Source: Somniosus microcephalus | Lineage: Eukaryota | Assembly (NCBI GenBank): GCA_052327205.1 | Contig: CM126204.1 | Location: 104,222,001-104,286,000 of the forward strand | Reading direction: 5' to 3' | DNA: 64,000 bases | In this document: piece by piece, positions 21,831 through 34,190 of the stretch | Layout: each line of letters starts with the position of its first letter | Position numbering within the stretch: position 1 is the stretch's first letter | Position numbers and translations under genes: made by a program | The notes under the pieces: model-generated | What the model saw: only the letters and a program-made list of their open reading frames with translations | Databases searched by the model: none | What the model was told of the DNA's origin: nothing

Positions 21831-23994
21831 TGGAGGGAGGAACAAGGTTTGGATTCAGATACTTTTAGTCATGCTGCAGATTGCAAATGATTGCACAGGG
21901 TAATGCTCTACTGGCATTCTCAGACCAACCCTTAATGTAAGCCAACAATACCATACTGATATATGTGAAGAAACATCATTCACTAATACTGGTGAGTTTC
22001 ACCCACACTGGTGCACCCAACAATGAACCACCTTTACACTGCATCATATTGGACATTGATGCTAGCACAACTTTTGCTGTTGCAACCAAAATAAGTCAAG
22101 ACACTTTCTACATGAATACATCGACAGAACCGTACCATTAAAGAGTATTACGTGCGCTTGACCATTCCAGAAACCATTGCAGTTACAGCCAGGAGGGTTC
22201 ACAGGTAACAGGCTGAATGTTACCACGCTGCACATGAACTTGAATTTAAAAGTGCCAAGTACAAGGGAAACAACAACACTGGAGTGAGAAATAGAACATA
22301 TTATACTTCAACACCCAGAAAAATATTGCAGATTAAGTAAATATCCCCTTTCACTTTAAAACCAGTACAAATCTAAATACATACCAGTGTAGTCACCTTC
22401 TCTATAGCCTGAGATAGTGAATAATAATAAATAGAAAATACCGTAATAAAGCATAAAAACTGTTTCTGCACAATCTCTCTAGTGTCAGAATTATTCTGTG
22501 CAACAGTAATAGGGTGATTGAAAATGAGAATACTTCTTGATCAATGTGTGATCGCTTTCCACAGCTTTACAAAGTACCATGTTGTTGGCAAGATGTGAGA
22601 GGACCAAGCACTGGAAGGATTCTCCACAAGGTGGTACTCTAATCAGGGGCTTCCTTAGCCACAGGGAAATTAGATGGTGTCTCCAGAATCCCAACAGAAA
22701 GACCTTCAGAGGACTTGAGAGCTCGGAATGGCAATATTGCAGAGGAAGGTGGAGGATTGTTGCTGATTTTGTGAGTATGATAAGTAGAGCAGCTTTCCAG
22801 TCAATCTGCTCCATAAACTTTGCACAGCCTAGTTGCTTACAATTAAGCAATATGACCAAGTCAGTGTGCATTTGGGTTTTACCAGACACACACTGGCATG
22901 GACATGACTCTCGGCTCGAAGTGGGAGTTCAAAGGACCAGCATCTGATTTGTGTGGTTGCTGTGTCTCTGGTCTGTTGTTGCCGATCCGTTGGCTTGTAC
23001 AATGTGCTCAGAAAAGGGCCTGTTGAGGATCTAATGATAGGCGAAGAGTGTTCCTGCAACTCTGTTCCATGGTGGCATTTCTTTGGTGGCTGATGTTAAT
23101 TCCCCTTTGCCCCAGATTCTGACATCCGTTGTATCTCTTTGGTGTCCTCACCGGAGATGGTTATAGCCTCAGTAATGGACATAACAAATCAGGATGAAGA
23201 CAACTCCTCTGCAAATACATGAAGGGCATTGCTGTTAATGACTTCAGACTAAACACAAACTGAAATTTCAGAAAGACTGTCATCGCCATCAGAGAGGCAT
23301 AGAATATGTACACAGAATTTTATTCAAATGATTTAATCTTTACACGTTTATACTTTAGCAAGCTGAGTAAGCTAGACATAATGAAGAGTGATTTCAAAAT
23401 ACTTGTTCTTTATAGGCTGATTGTTATTAAAGAACACATTACATGACACTTACCAGACTGTTTAGACTCGAGAGATGCACTATCTCCCTCATGGAGCAGA
23501 TGATAACGTTTAGCGATCGTACGCCAAGGCTGTTTTGGTTTGTTTTTGATACACGGCTTTTTTTTTTTTTAAATATGGTATTCTGCTTTCTTCTTTGCCA
23601 TAATTTCGGCAATCCTGTGAACTGTGTAGTTTTTCAATGCTTTACTAGTTTTATTAGAAATCATGGTCCATGCCCGTCTTTGACCTTCTGTGGTTGATAA
23701 TATTGATTTGTTTCCAAAGAAAACATCTTTGAATTTAATAAATTGCATTATAAAACAAAACAGTAAAGCCCCTGTATAAAGTGATCCTTTTGCAGTTTAG
23801 ATTTGGTCTCCACTTTGTGTCTCAATTCACCATTTCTTTTGGTCAGCTCATTGTCTGATACTCATGGAAATCCCATCACTATGATTAAGTGTCTCCAAAT
23901 AAAACTACTGAGAAATTCACACAGGTAGAATTTCTGTTTGCCCAGCATGGAATGCATATGCTTTCCCCTCAGGGACACATTCCATTTACCCAAG

Positions 23995-24240
23995 TCCAGG
24001 GAGCTTAGGTGTTGACAGCTGTGTCTTCAGTTGCCTAGGCCCTAAGTTCTGGAATTCCCCCTAAACCTCGCCACCTCTCTCTCCTCCTGTAGGACGTGCC
24101 CTAAAGCTTACCTCTTTGACAAAGCTTTTGGTCACCTGTCCTAATATGTGACTTGTTTGATAGCACTCCTGTGAAGCACCTTGGGATGTTTTACTACGTT
24201 AAAGGTGCTATATATAAATGCTAGTTGTTGTTGTTTTTGT
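23995..24240 (+). mobile_element. L2 3' end or L2-tailed SINE tail
   Basis: CTCTTTGACAAAGCTTTTGGTCACC...TGTGAAGCACCTTGGGATGTTTTACTACGTTAAAGGTGCTATATA..AATGCTAGTTGTTGTTG. Confidence 0.75.
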
Positions 24241-24993
24241 TGGTAGGTTCAGAACAGAAAAGACTTAGGGCCTCTTAAATATGTGCAGGGGTACTGCTAA
24301 GTTTACCCATTAGGACACTGGCTTACAGAGATGTTTGGAGCAGAGTGGGAAGGGTCCCAGTGGCCGATCTACAATTTCAGATTCCATTAATGAGCTAGGC
24401 TGGCAGATCAGCTATAAATGAGCTGGGGTACTACAGACCTACCTGGTCCAGGAATTAGCAAATCTGCCACAAAAGGTTGGCTCAATTCTAATTCTCCATT
24501 GCCAGGTATATCATCTTGCAGCCATCTTGAACCCCCCAAAAAACCCTATTTGCCTAGCAAGTCATTAACAAACTAACAAACATGGTTTTGAGCCCTCACT
24601 AAGCAGACTGTCAAGAATTCCTTATGATTGGTATGGTGAACAATTCACACATTGAATCCTGGATATCACCTCCATTAGCTTTTCACCCTGTCCTGTCTCA
24701 CTGGTTGAACTTTATACTCCTTTTCCCCTCATAATACAACTAGAAAATCCATACAACATTCCCCCCCCACCCCCCCCCCCCCGCCTCTCCAAGTTGCCTT
24801 ACACATCCTGAGACAATGCAGGAGACCCAAAATCAAATTTATCGAGGGACTACAAGCTTGAGACTAAATCAGTTTAAATTTATTGAATTCCGGCAAAACG
24901 TTATGAGAATATATAGTGAAATGTTTCCCTTTTGCCGCACAATAGAAGTAAAATGACCTCTATAGTCAAATCAGTGCAGCCTCCACACATAAT

Positions 24994-25947
24994 GGGCCAG
25001 AAATTCGCGGCCAAAGGCGTGAGTGCGCTCGGGGTACTCACGCATCTGGCCGTTGGAAATGCCGGCGTTCAGCATGAACAGCGCATGCGGGGAACGCCGG
25101 CATTTCCAGACCTCGAGCGCGTGCGACTGCACAGGCAGCGCTTGCGCAGTGAACTTCGTAGATTTCATTCATGAAATCCGTGAGGGTAAGTCCTCAGAAG
25201 TTACACTTGAAAAAAGCAAGTGTAAAGTGGTTCATTGGCTGCGGAGGAAGAAACATTTTATCGTGGAGCTTCTGAAATGCAATATTTTTGTTTGGGAAAG
25301 GGAGGGAAGTTATTTTAAGAAATTTTAAGTAAGTTTTAAAGTTAAAATTTTTTTTTTTTTTTTTTTTAAAAAGGGTTTTCAGAACGGTAGGTAGAAGGAG
25401 CAATTGTGGCTGTGTGAATGGAATGTGAGAATGAGTTATGTATGCATGTCCACATATATTCCTTTACGTATATGCATGTATGTTTTATATTCCTTTACTA
25501 ATGTGTATGAATGTATGTTTTTAATTATGATTTTCCAATAAGTTACTTTCTCTGAAAGTCATAATTAAATAATACATTCATACACATAAGTAAAGGAATA
25601 TATACATAACACGCAAAGGAATATATACAGACATACATACTTTCAGAAGCTCCACGATAAGAAATATCTTCCTCCGCAGCCTCTGGAGCAACTGTACCCA
25701 TGCTTTTTTCATGTGTAAGTTGTAAGGACTTGACCTCACTGAAAGCAGTAATGAAAGCGGCGAATTATACTGCGCACGCGCTGCCTGTGCAGTTGCACGC
25801 GTTCTGCCTCTGAACCCCTTCGTTCAGAGGACAAGAAATGCCGGTTTTCCCCAAAAGCACTGTGCATGCTGAAAACCGGCATTTCATCCGGCCAGATGCG
25901 CAAGTACCCCGACCGTACTCGCGCAGTTGGAAGGGAATTACTGGGCC
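24994..25947. mobile_element. Foldback MITE with about 285-bp imperfect inverted arms and an internal AT-rich hairpin
   Basis: 24994-25279 is an inverted copy of 25641-25947 (e.g. TATCGTGGAGCTTCTGAAA and TTTCAGAAGCTCCACGATA). The termini are GGGCCAGAAATT and AATTACTGGGCC. Confidence 0.8.
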
Positions 25948-26045
25948 AACATTTTACATGTCAATAAAATGAAAAATTTAACAATTGCACGACTTGCCCC
26001 CTCGCATCTGCGACTGAGGGTCCAAGGAGGTGCATTGCGCAAGAG

Positions 26046-26824
26046 GTCATCATCGTACGTATCCTCACACTGTTCCCTTTGGGGAACTGTGTGAAGTGGT
26101 GGAAGGATTTATGGCCGTGATTAACGCTCATTCCGTGACCGTAACCATCTTTGAACCAGCCATTAGGGTGGTTAGTCCTATGGCGGGAGGGTTTTACGGG
26201 CTCCCACAACCCATCTGAGGTGGGGGGGGGGGCCACCAACACCCACGGACGCAAGTATCCCGCTGGATGTCCACCCAGAATTTAAAGTTGGAACTCCGAC
26301 TCCACTTGCCGGGACTGTCTGGAGTGGGGTTCAAAACCCTACTCCTTCTGGCCCAGCGGCGGGGATGCTTACTGCTACGCAAAAGGCCCACTCCGCACAA
26401 AAGGTGACACCCATAGGTTTCCTGTGCCTTTTCCCTCCCCGTGACTGGAGCCCTATGCTGCCATTTCACGTTGCTAATCGGATTGGGCCTTTGTCATAGC
26501 GGTAGGATCCCCGCCGCTGGGCCAGATCAGGGTAGGGTTTCGAACCCCGCTCCAGACAGTCCCGGTAAGTGGAGTCGGAGCTCCGGCTCTAAATTCTGGG
26601 TTGACATCCAGTGGGATATTTGCGTCCGTGGGTGTGGGTGGACCCCCCTCCTTGTATAGCTTGTGGGAGCCCGTAAAACCCTCCCGCCATAGGACTAACC
26701 GCCCTAATGCCTGGTTCAAAGATGGTTACGGTCACGGAATGAGCGTTAATCATGGCCATAAATCCTTCCACCACTTCATACAGTTCCCCAAAGGGAACAG
26801 TGTGAAGACACGTATGACGACGAC
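26046..26824. repeat. Long palindrome with about 350-bp arms and an 80-bp spacer
   Basis: 26046-26395 is an inverted copy of 26478-26824. The ORF track gives near-identical peptides on opposite strands. Confidence 0.92.
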
Positions 26825-27904
26825 ATTGCTAAATAAATAAATGGAATTTAAAAAATTCTTTTAGGGCTTTTAAAAGTCTTTAAATTGCTTTAATTCTGTT
26901 TAAAACTACTTCAGATTACTCAAAATAATGTAAACATTTTAAAAAGTTTATAAAAGTTACCAAAATCTTCAAAAAACTTCCAAAAACCTATTTAAACTGC
27001 TGCTTTGCATGTAAAAATGCTTAGCAGCTTGACAGAAACATTGGGGGCGTGTCCAGTGAAACTGAGACCTCAAGGGGCGTGTCTCACTTGCACTGCACGC
27101 TCCTGGCTTCGCGCTGGCTGCACTCCTGGGCGGCGTGACGTCATATGCTGCCCGGGATTCTTCTTCTGGAAACACCAATTCCAGGCGTCCCTGGAGCTGA
27201 TCGGCAGTAGCGCGGGGTAAGTGCAGAAACGGGGCTGCAAGCCCCGTTCACCAATTTCTGGCCCAATGAAAACCGAGTGGCAGTGGGCTGTTTGACCATT
27301 GGAGCCACTCAGATGCGTCATAGCAACCAGTGTATTATTTAAAAGATCCAGCCTGTGCTGCTAACCCTGGAGTGGTAACAGGTGACTAGCCACTGCCCTC
27401 ACCCCACCCACCCCAAAAAAAAATTGGTTTTTGAATGGGTATTAAGAACAACAAATTTCATTAAACTCCCACACAGAGCGAAGATCACACAACAATCCAG
27501 GTTATCAGCTCTATTTCAAAACACCTGTAGAAAATTCAAAAATAAAAGCTCCAGGGACTGCATTCTGCAAAATGCTGTCCCATGACACGAATACATGATT
27601 TTTTTTTTTAAAGAATTACCCATCTATAGCTAATGCTACCAGGCCATTCCCTTAACAAAAATAAGTAAGAAAACGCTCAAATTCAGTACATTGGAAATAT
27701 AGGATGGTTGAGGAAAATCATCAATAAAAGGATCTCTCTATAAACCAGCATGAACTATATTTAACACATTTTAATGGATGAAAAATTGTGAACAACTTGC
27801 ATCTGATTTTGCGTCTGCCCAGCCAAATTCTTATGCCCCAGCACTGAAAAGAAAAATCTGCCCCTGGGTGTTTACAAACATATAAATTAATAGCAAGGCT
27901 CAAT

Positions 27905-28543
27905 GGGGTCGATTTTAACTGCCAGCCTGTTTCTGGCGGGAAGCCACTGGGGTCAGTTAGTGTCTCACCCGCCTGTGGCAGCATGAGGCCACAGCGATGT
28001 TAACCACCAAGCCCCGTTACCACGTCGACGGTCCACTTCCCGCCAGGAATGGGTGAAAATCGAACGGCCGGCATGCAGGTAGGTGTGGGGAAGGGAGTTC
28101 CTGGAGGGTCTTGCAGCAGGGAATGGCGGGGGTAATTCCGGGGCAGGGGAGGGCTAAACCTCCCTTGTGGGGCCTGGAGGAGCAATCCTGCTTGGCTTTC
28201 AGGACCTCTCCACATCCTGATCCTCCAGCCTGGCAGCAGTGATTTCCTCCCTCAGCCCCGAGTTAAAAAAATGCTGCTGGGGTTCGATTGATGTCATCGG
28301 ACCCCGATTAGCATATTTAAAGATGGACCCTGCCGGCTTCAGATGGTTTTCACCCTGTCCTGTCCCACTGGTTGAAATTTATACTCTTTCCCTCTCACAA
28401 AAAAACAAGAAAATCCACAGCGCAATTCCCCCCCACCCCACCCCCAAAATCAGGCACAGTGCATCCAGGCAGGTAAGTAAGCCAGGCTACTTTAACTACA
28501 CATCTGCCTGATTTCTGCCAGGCAGGTAGGGTTAAAATCCACC
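27905..28543. mobile_element. Harbinger-type MITE
   Basis: Left end GGGGTCGATTTTAAC, with candidate right ends GTTGAAATTTATACTC (about 28386) or GTTAAAATCCACC (28543). Confidence 0.55.
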
Positions 28544-30229
28544 ATGTCTTATTATTGTATCAATTAAGTAAAATAATCCCACGCTTCTTACGATCTCTTT
28601 CCTTTTGGGGCGGGGGGGGGGGGGTTTAATTTTACTTTCATTTTGAAAATGTACAAATACAAAAACTGAATAACCCTCTTGACTAAAGCTAATTTCTATA
28701 TGTTCTTTTCTTCTTTCTACTACCAAAGCCACAACTATTGCTACAGCAACATAATGCAAGTCTTGCAATCATGTTATAAGTTTTTAAATACATAGGGACC
28801 AATTTTAGTATCCATTTTGTGATTAAATGGATGATGAGGGGCATAATGAATTGTAAAAATGGGCAGAGATCTGTCCATATAGATCTCCATTCATTTTCCA
28901 TGCCACTCGGGTTTCCAATGTTACTTAGGGCAGGGGAGGGAGGTGGGTGGAAGCTGCCACCGGAAAAGCAGGGAGCCACGTAATAATATTTAAATGATGC
29001 ATAAACTACATTATAATGCTTCCCATGTCATTTTACGGCCCTTACACCTGTACAGCGCCAGATCACAATGGCACCCATACATAATGGGCATTGCCAGGCA
29101 ATGAGCTGTACGATAAAGTAAGTTTAAAGGGCTTAGTAAGAAGATTTATTCAGCAATATAAAGGCCATTTCTATACCAATTTTCTTCATTTAAAAAAATA
29201 TATTTTTCTGTTTCCACTTTTATAATTCCTCTGCTTTTTTTTCCCCCTTCCAGCTTCAGCAGAGCTACCAATGGGAATTCTCCATCTCAGTTTTTTGAAC
29301 AAAGAAAAGCAACAGAAGGAGCTAGGGTCAACTTTGAGCCCACGTGCCAGTACCCACACATCCATATCTACCAGCAGAGGAGGACATACCTTGCCTTGTG
29401 CTCCAGGGGTTCTGATTCCCAAGGGAGGTTATGACAGAGGAAATAATGGCACAGATACAATATGTGAAAGCTTGACTAACTGCAATGCTTGATGGCTCTT
29501 CGGAAGCACCCTAAGCACAGTATGTCATGTGTTCAGTGCCAGTGCATGAAAGAAGACATGCCAGGGTGATAACCACTCATTATAGCCTGATCGGCTGTAC
29601 CCACCAACACATCAGCAATCATATGCACAGGTATTGTCGCACCTACCTGATAATGAGAATGGGTAGCTGACTTCACAGGGTCCAGGTTTGCAGAGTTGTG
29701 CCATCTGCTCTAAGGGCACATACACAATCAACCTAGCACAAACAGTGGCAGTACCACTCAACTGCAGCTTCAAGCCTAGACATACTGCAATAATGATCTG
29801 GAGATGGTACCATGGAGTGGTAAACAGGGCTACTCTCCTTGCAACTACCTCCATTTCAACAGCCATAAAAAAGGTAGTTGGATGCTAAGCTGCTCCATCA
29901 CTTGTCTGGAAACTCATACCTGCGCACTGGATTTCCTGTTTCTTCATTTTTGACTCTCACTTCTTTGCCCTCTCTTCCTTCAGGCCGAGAAAAGATTGGC
30001 AATTGGTGGAGATGCTTTTTAAGCTTTGCCAAGGCTGCAAGAATTTCCATTTTCCCATTATGCCTTCACCACTAGTGTGCTCTCTGAACCCACCCAAATC
30101 TGAACCTGTAGATGTCAATAATTAAGCAAATGTAATTCCCCAAAGAATTGGCTGCTATCAGAACATTACCATTCTGATGAGAATTACATCAGTTCGTAAA
30201 CAATTAGAACTGACTTACACCAGTACATG

Positions 30230-32100
30230 AAAACCGGCCATTTTTCCTAAAAGCACTAGCAAATCATAATTATAGAAATACATTTTGGATGAATTCTGGA
30301 TGTCCTGCTTATGTCATTCATACTTTCCTCACATTCAGTTCTGAAGCAGAAGCGAATGTAAGGAGCATAGAAGATTAATGCAACATTGAATAGGTTGATA
30401 TGCTGACAGAAGTGCAGACAGAGATTGTTTAAGAAGGTGCACGAAAAGAGAAGAGGATTGTCCATAAACATAAGGAGCCAGCAGAATAAAGCAGTTGTCT
30501 GCCCACTCCCATGGAAAGATGGACAGCAGCAACGATTTGTCATTGCATTTAAAATAATGTTGAACCTCTTAAATATGACAACTTTAAATTTCTTGGACTG
30601 TTTCATTAATTTTAAACTTGGGATTTTTCATTCTACATTAACACTCATTTCAGCAAGACTAAGCTCTCAGAGATAGGGATTATGAAAGGATTGGCTCCTG
30701 ATTATCAGACTATCCTAGTCTATTGGCCTTGGTGATTGAAGCACCCCTAACTTGCAAATGCCCATGCCTTCATTGGAAAAGATAGATTTAATCTCAGACC
30801 CAATGGTGTTTAGTGTAGATGGACTATAGGATTACTAGCATAGACAGAATAATGTTTCCATCTTTTTTCAGGAGCAGACTGATTGGTATATATCTGCAAA
30901 CAAGATGAGCCAGCTGATTAATGTTCCAACAGTTTCTTTACCAAATACAGGTGAAGACAAGTCACAGATATGTGGGATTTAAAACTCCCAAGTAAGAGTA
31001 GCTCTTAGCCAAAAGGAACAGGATGAAGAAAAAGATTACCTTTGGAAGGCTAAGATCTGAAACTCAAAAGGTCAAGACTCAATACAAGGGTTAGCTTGGG
31101 ACTGACAGAATGAAAGCAAGACCAATCAACAAACTCCATAAAGATCTGGTCATATGATCCATTAATGGGGACTCTTGCAAATGTCCTGTTTGTGAAGTAA
31201 ATCCTTTGAATTAAGACAAGTGGTCAGAACCAGATCACCCACAATGCAGAGAAGTAAGAAGGTATGGCACAGGACATGGCCATACAAGAATATGGTCTCC
31301 AGGGAGTCCACTGCCAATAATATATTTTTCAATGATAATGAGGTCCCATTAAGAAATTCAGTGAAAATCCTGAATGCTACGGACATACCCAAAGATCATT
31401 ACTGCCCCCGCAGTAGAGAGTGACTTTCCACCTTGACCAAAAGGCAATTCAAGTTCATCTTGTCTAGAAAGTTATTCCTAAGGACGTTCACCTGCATATT
31501 TATCAAGGAACCCATTATGAACAGACAGGTTTAGATTGGAACATAACAGATATCTCCCATCTCTAAAGGAGAGAAACCCTCCATTTCATCAAAGGATAAA
31601 CAAACTGGATTTCATTCTGGCCTGATACAAATTATGCTCAGACTTCAGGGAACGAACAACAAAAAGGCATTATCAAACTTTCGCTATAACAGAATCTAAA
31701 TTGCGGACACCCAAGATAGCAAACAGAGGATATAGAAGTGAACGATTCTGTGGGGTAGATTTTCAACTTACCGCACAGATGTTGCGGATCGGCCGCCCGT
31801 TATCGAAACCATCTGATTGGACTGAAAATTTCTATTCCAGTAAATGAGCGGACTTACCTTCTCGACCTTGATATTGGTACAGGAGTCAATGGTCCAATGG
31901 TTTCCTCCTGTAAGTCGCTTCTCAATGTTATTTTGTCAAAGTCTCCTGTTATCTCTAGACTGAGAAGACTGGAAACTTGATCAAGAGGTAGACGAACTGA
32001 GGTAAACAATTTGATGGCCTCTTCTTGATTGTACAGAGGCTCTGTGTTTAGAACACAGTAAATCAATACACAAGAAAAATCTCTAGCATTCAGGATAATC
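30230..32100 (-). mobile_element. Highly decayed DIRS-like (tyrosine-recombinase retrotransposon) RT/RNase H remnant
   Basis: Minus-strand peptides GMSVAFRIFTE (cf. FGLSSAPRVFTK) and QHINLFNVALIF (cf. HINLLEL.AV) occur in RT-then-RH order, with many stops. Confidence 0.4.
31751..31838. mobile_element. Very short MITE remnant
   Basis: GGGGTAGATTTTCA at the left and TGAAAATTTCTATTCC at the right form imperfect TIRs. Confidence 0.45.
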
Positions 32101-33749
32101 TTTTTTGAAGTTGTGTGCCTTTAGCAAATCAGCAAATTTTTAGCTGTTTCAGCAGTAAACCATACATGTGTCTGACCCACAATAAATAGAACTCTGCAGT
32201 AAACTACAACTAGGGTCTTAGTGCTAAGGCAACTTCTGCAGAGAGAAGGTCAAAAGTCAACTTGAATGCTGGTCAACTTACTAGTTTTGACAAGTTAGAG
32301 GGACCCAACTCACATGTATCAATTTCTACTGAGCTATGCATATTACTAAATTGAAGTCACCAAGTTTGGACTCATCTAAGAAAGATAAGGAATATCACAA
32401 CAAGGGCATTCACCTTTACAGCAGCAATTTACCCGCTGACTGACTTATCCTAGTACTTTAGTATTGGAATATTAAATGCACAAGCCGATATTAAAACACC
32501 TGAAGATATTTGGTATAGAAACGTAAAATGATAAAATGTATACATCAAATTAATTAGAAAGATGGAATAAGTATTTATGCTTCTTAAATTTTCTTCTCTA
32601 GCAAGTGAAGCATTGCGTCATCCAGCACTTAAACACCTCACACAGCACAATGCGTCAGAAGTCATTCACCTTTTAGAAATAAGGTCCGATTGTTTCCGAA
32701 AAATACAGTTCAGTTCACCGCATTGTTTTGTTTCTTGTTTCTAAGAAAGTGTACTCAGGACAAACAGGTATCTGAATTTATTAGGCAATAAAGTGCCCAA
32801 GGACTGACTGTACAAGGTAATAAAAGTTCATTGCAATGCATACCTTTTCTATCTAGGACTTGATATTATACATCATACAGTCTCCTGGAGGTCATATCTC
32901 CATTAGTAAGCTGGAGAAGGTGGGGCATAGAATCTGCCATGGTGATCAAAGTTAATGATGTTGGGTGGCAATAGTATCATATTTTTGGAATCTCTCCAAT
33001 ATTGTTTATGTTTAACTTTCTAAATAAACTTTTTACCAAAGATAAAGTGAGCAGTTTCTTAATACAAATCAATCTCTTCATTTTGAAATGCGAGCCAAAA
33101 GAGTAAGACGTGAAGCTAGAATTGAATCTGTAACTCTGATATACAAGTAAGCTTACTAACCCTTGAAGTAACCCATCTGCTGTCATTTGTAATTCTATGG
33201 TTTAGACCTTGATCCAAACTGAATTATAACTTGGAGAACCCATTATTTCCTATCTAGAACATGAGTATTGAGAGTTTTGACATTTAAAAAAATTTGAGTG
33301 GCGTTGATACAGAACTGAAATATTTATCTCAATGAGATCCTTGTCAATAATCCACTTTCTGTTCTGGTATAATAAATTCAGTATCTCTTTATATAGAAGA
33401 AAATAAACCATTTTCCCATCAACCACACTCCTTCCAATAGAACATGCACAATTTGCACTTCCTGGCCCCAATTTATTTGAATAATCAACTTTCATCACAA
33501 ATAGAACACGTTCACTGTACCGAGGCCACACAATTCCTCTATATCTTTATGATTACATGTGATTTTCTGTGATACTGTATACACAATTCATCATATAAGC
33601 TGAGGATGTCTATTAAAATTTCTGAAATTGCTAATCTTATTCATCATTCTCTCAACTGCCTGTCTATTAATGTAATGTGTGAGTCTATTAGAAGACCTTA
33701 CAGGACCCTCCTCTTTGCCCCCTCCCTCCCCCCACTCCATTCCCACCAA

Positions 33750-34190
33750 ATATCGCAGTGGATAAATGCAGAATGTGGTGTGGCACTCAGGCATACAGGC
33801 CAGGAAGGTCCCAGCTCCAACCCTTGTTCTGTGCTGAACTAGCTGATCTCAGCTGGGTTAGAGGTGGAGCACTATGATTGGTCTTGGCACACCAGGCTAG
33901 GGAGGAGGCGAGAAATTCACCCAGGATTTCTACTCCTGATCGCTATCCAGCGACCCTGACCGTAATGGTGGCATAAGCGGTGCTTGGATGAGGACAGGAT
34001 CAGGCTTAGCTGTGATGCTTTCCACAGTCAAATAGCCTACCAGCACTCACTGTCTAGGCTCACACATGAAGAATGGCCGCATAGATGATGTACTGCAGGG
34101 CTGCCGGCGCTCATGGATCCGTATCCCAAATTGAGTCACTGCCTTCAGGAGATGAGGGGAAAGGAGAGAAAAATTGAAAGAAAAAAAAGG
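33750..34190 (+). mobile_element. tRNA-derived SINE, near full length
   Basis: tRNA-like head, body GAGGACAGGATCAGGCTT..CTGTGATGC...GTCAAATAGC shared with 40037 and (inverted) 48095 and 60110, and an A-rich tail. Confidence 0.65.

Noticed and set aside
22480-23240. Possible BCL11A exon 5 or pseudogene (RALKSSE resembles recalled human RALKF/PLSSE)
   Set aside because: The match is too short, there is no convincing acceptor, and I saw in-frame stops. It is left unassigned.
25982-26045. HDV-like ribozyme pseudoknot next to the palindrome
   Set aside because: Some pairings are possible, but P3/L3 and the catalytic J4/2 cytidine could not be placed.
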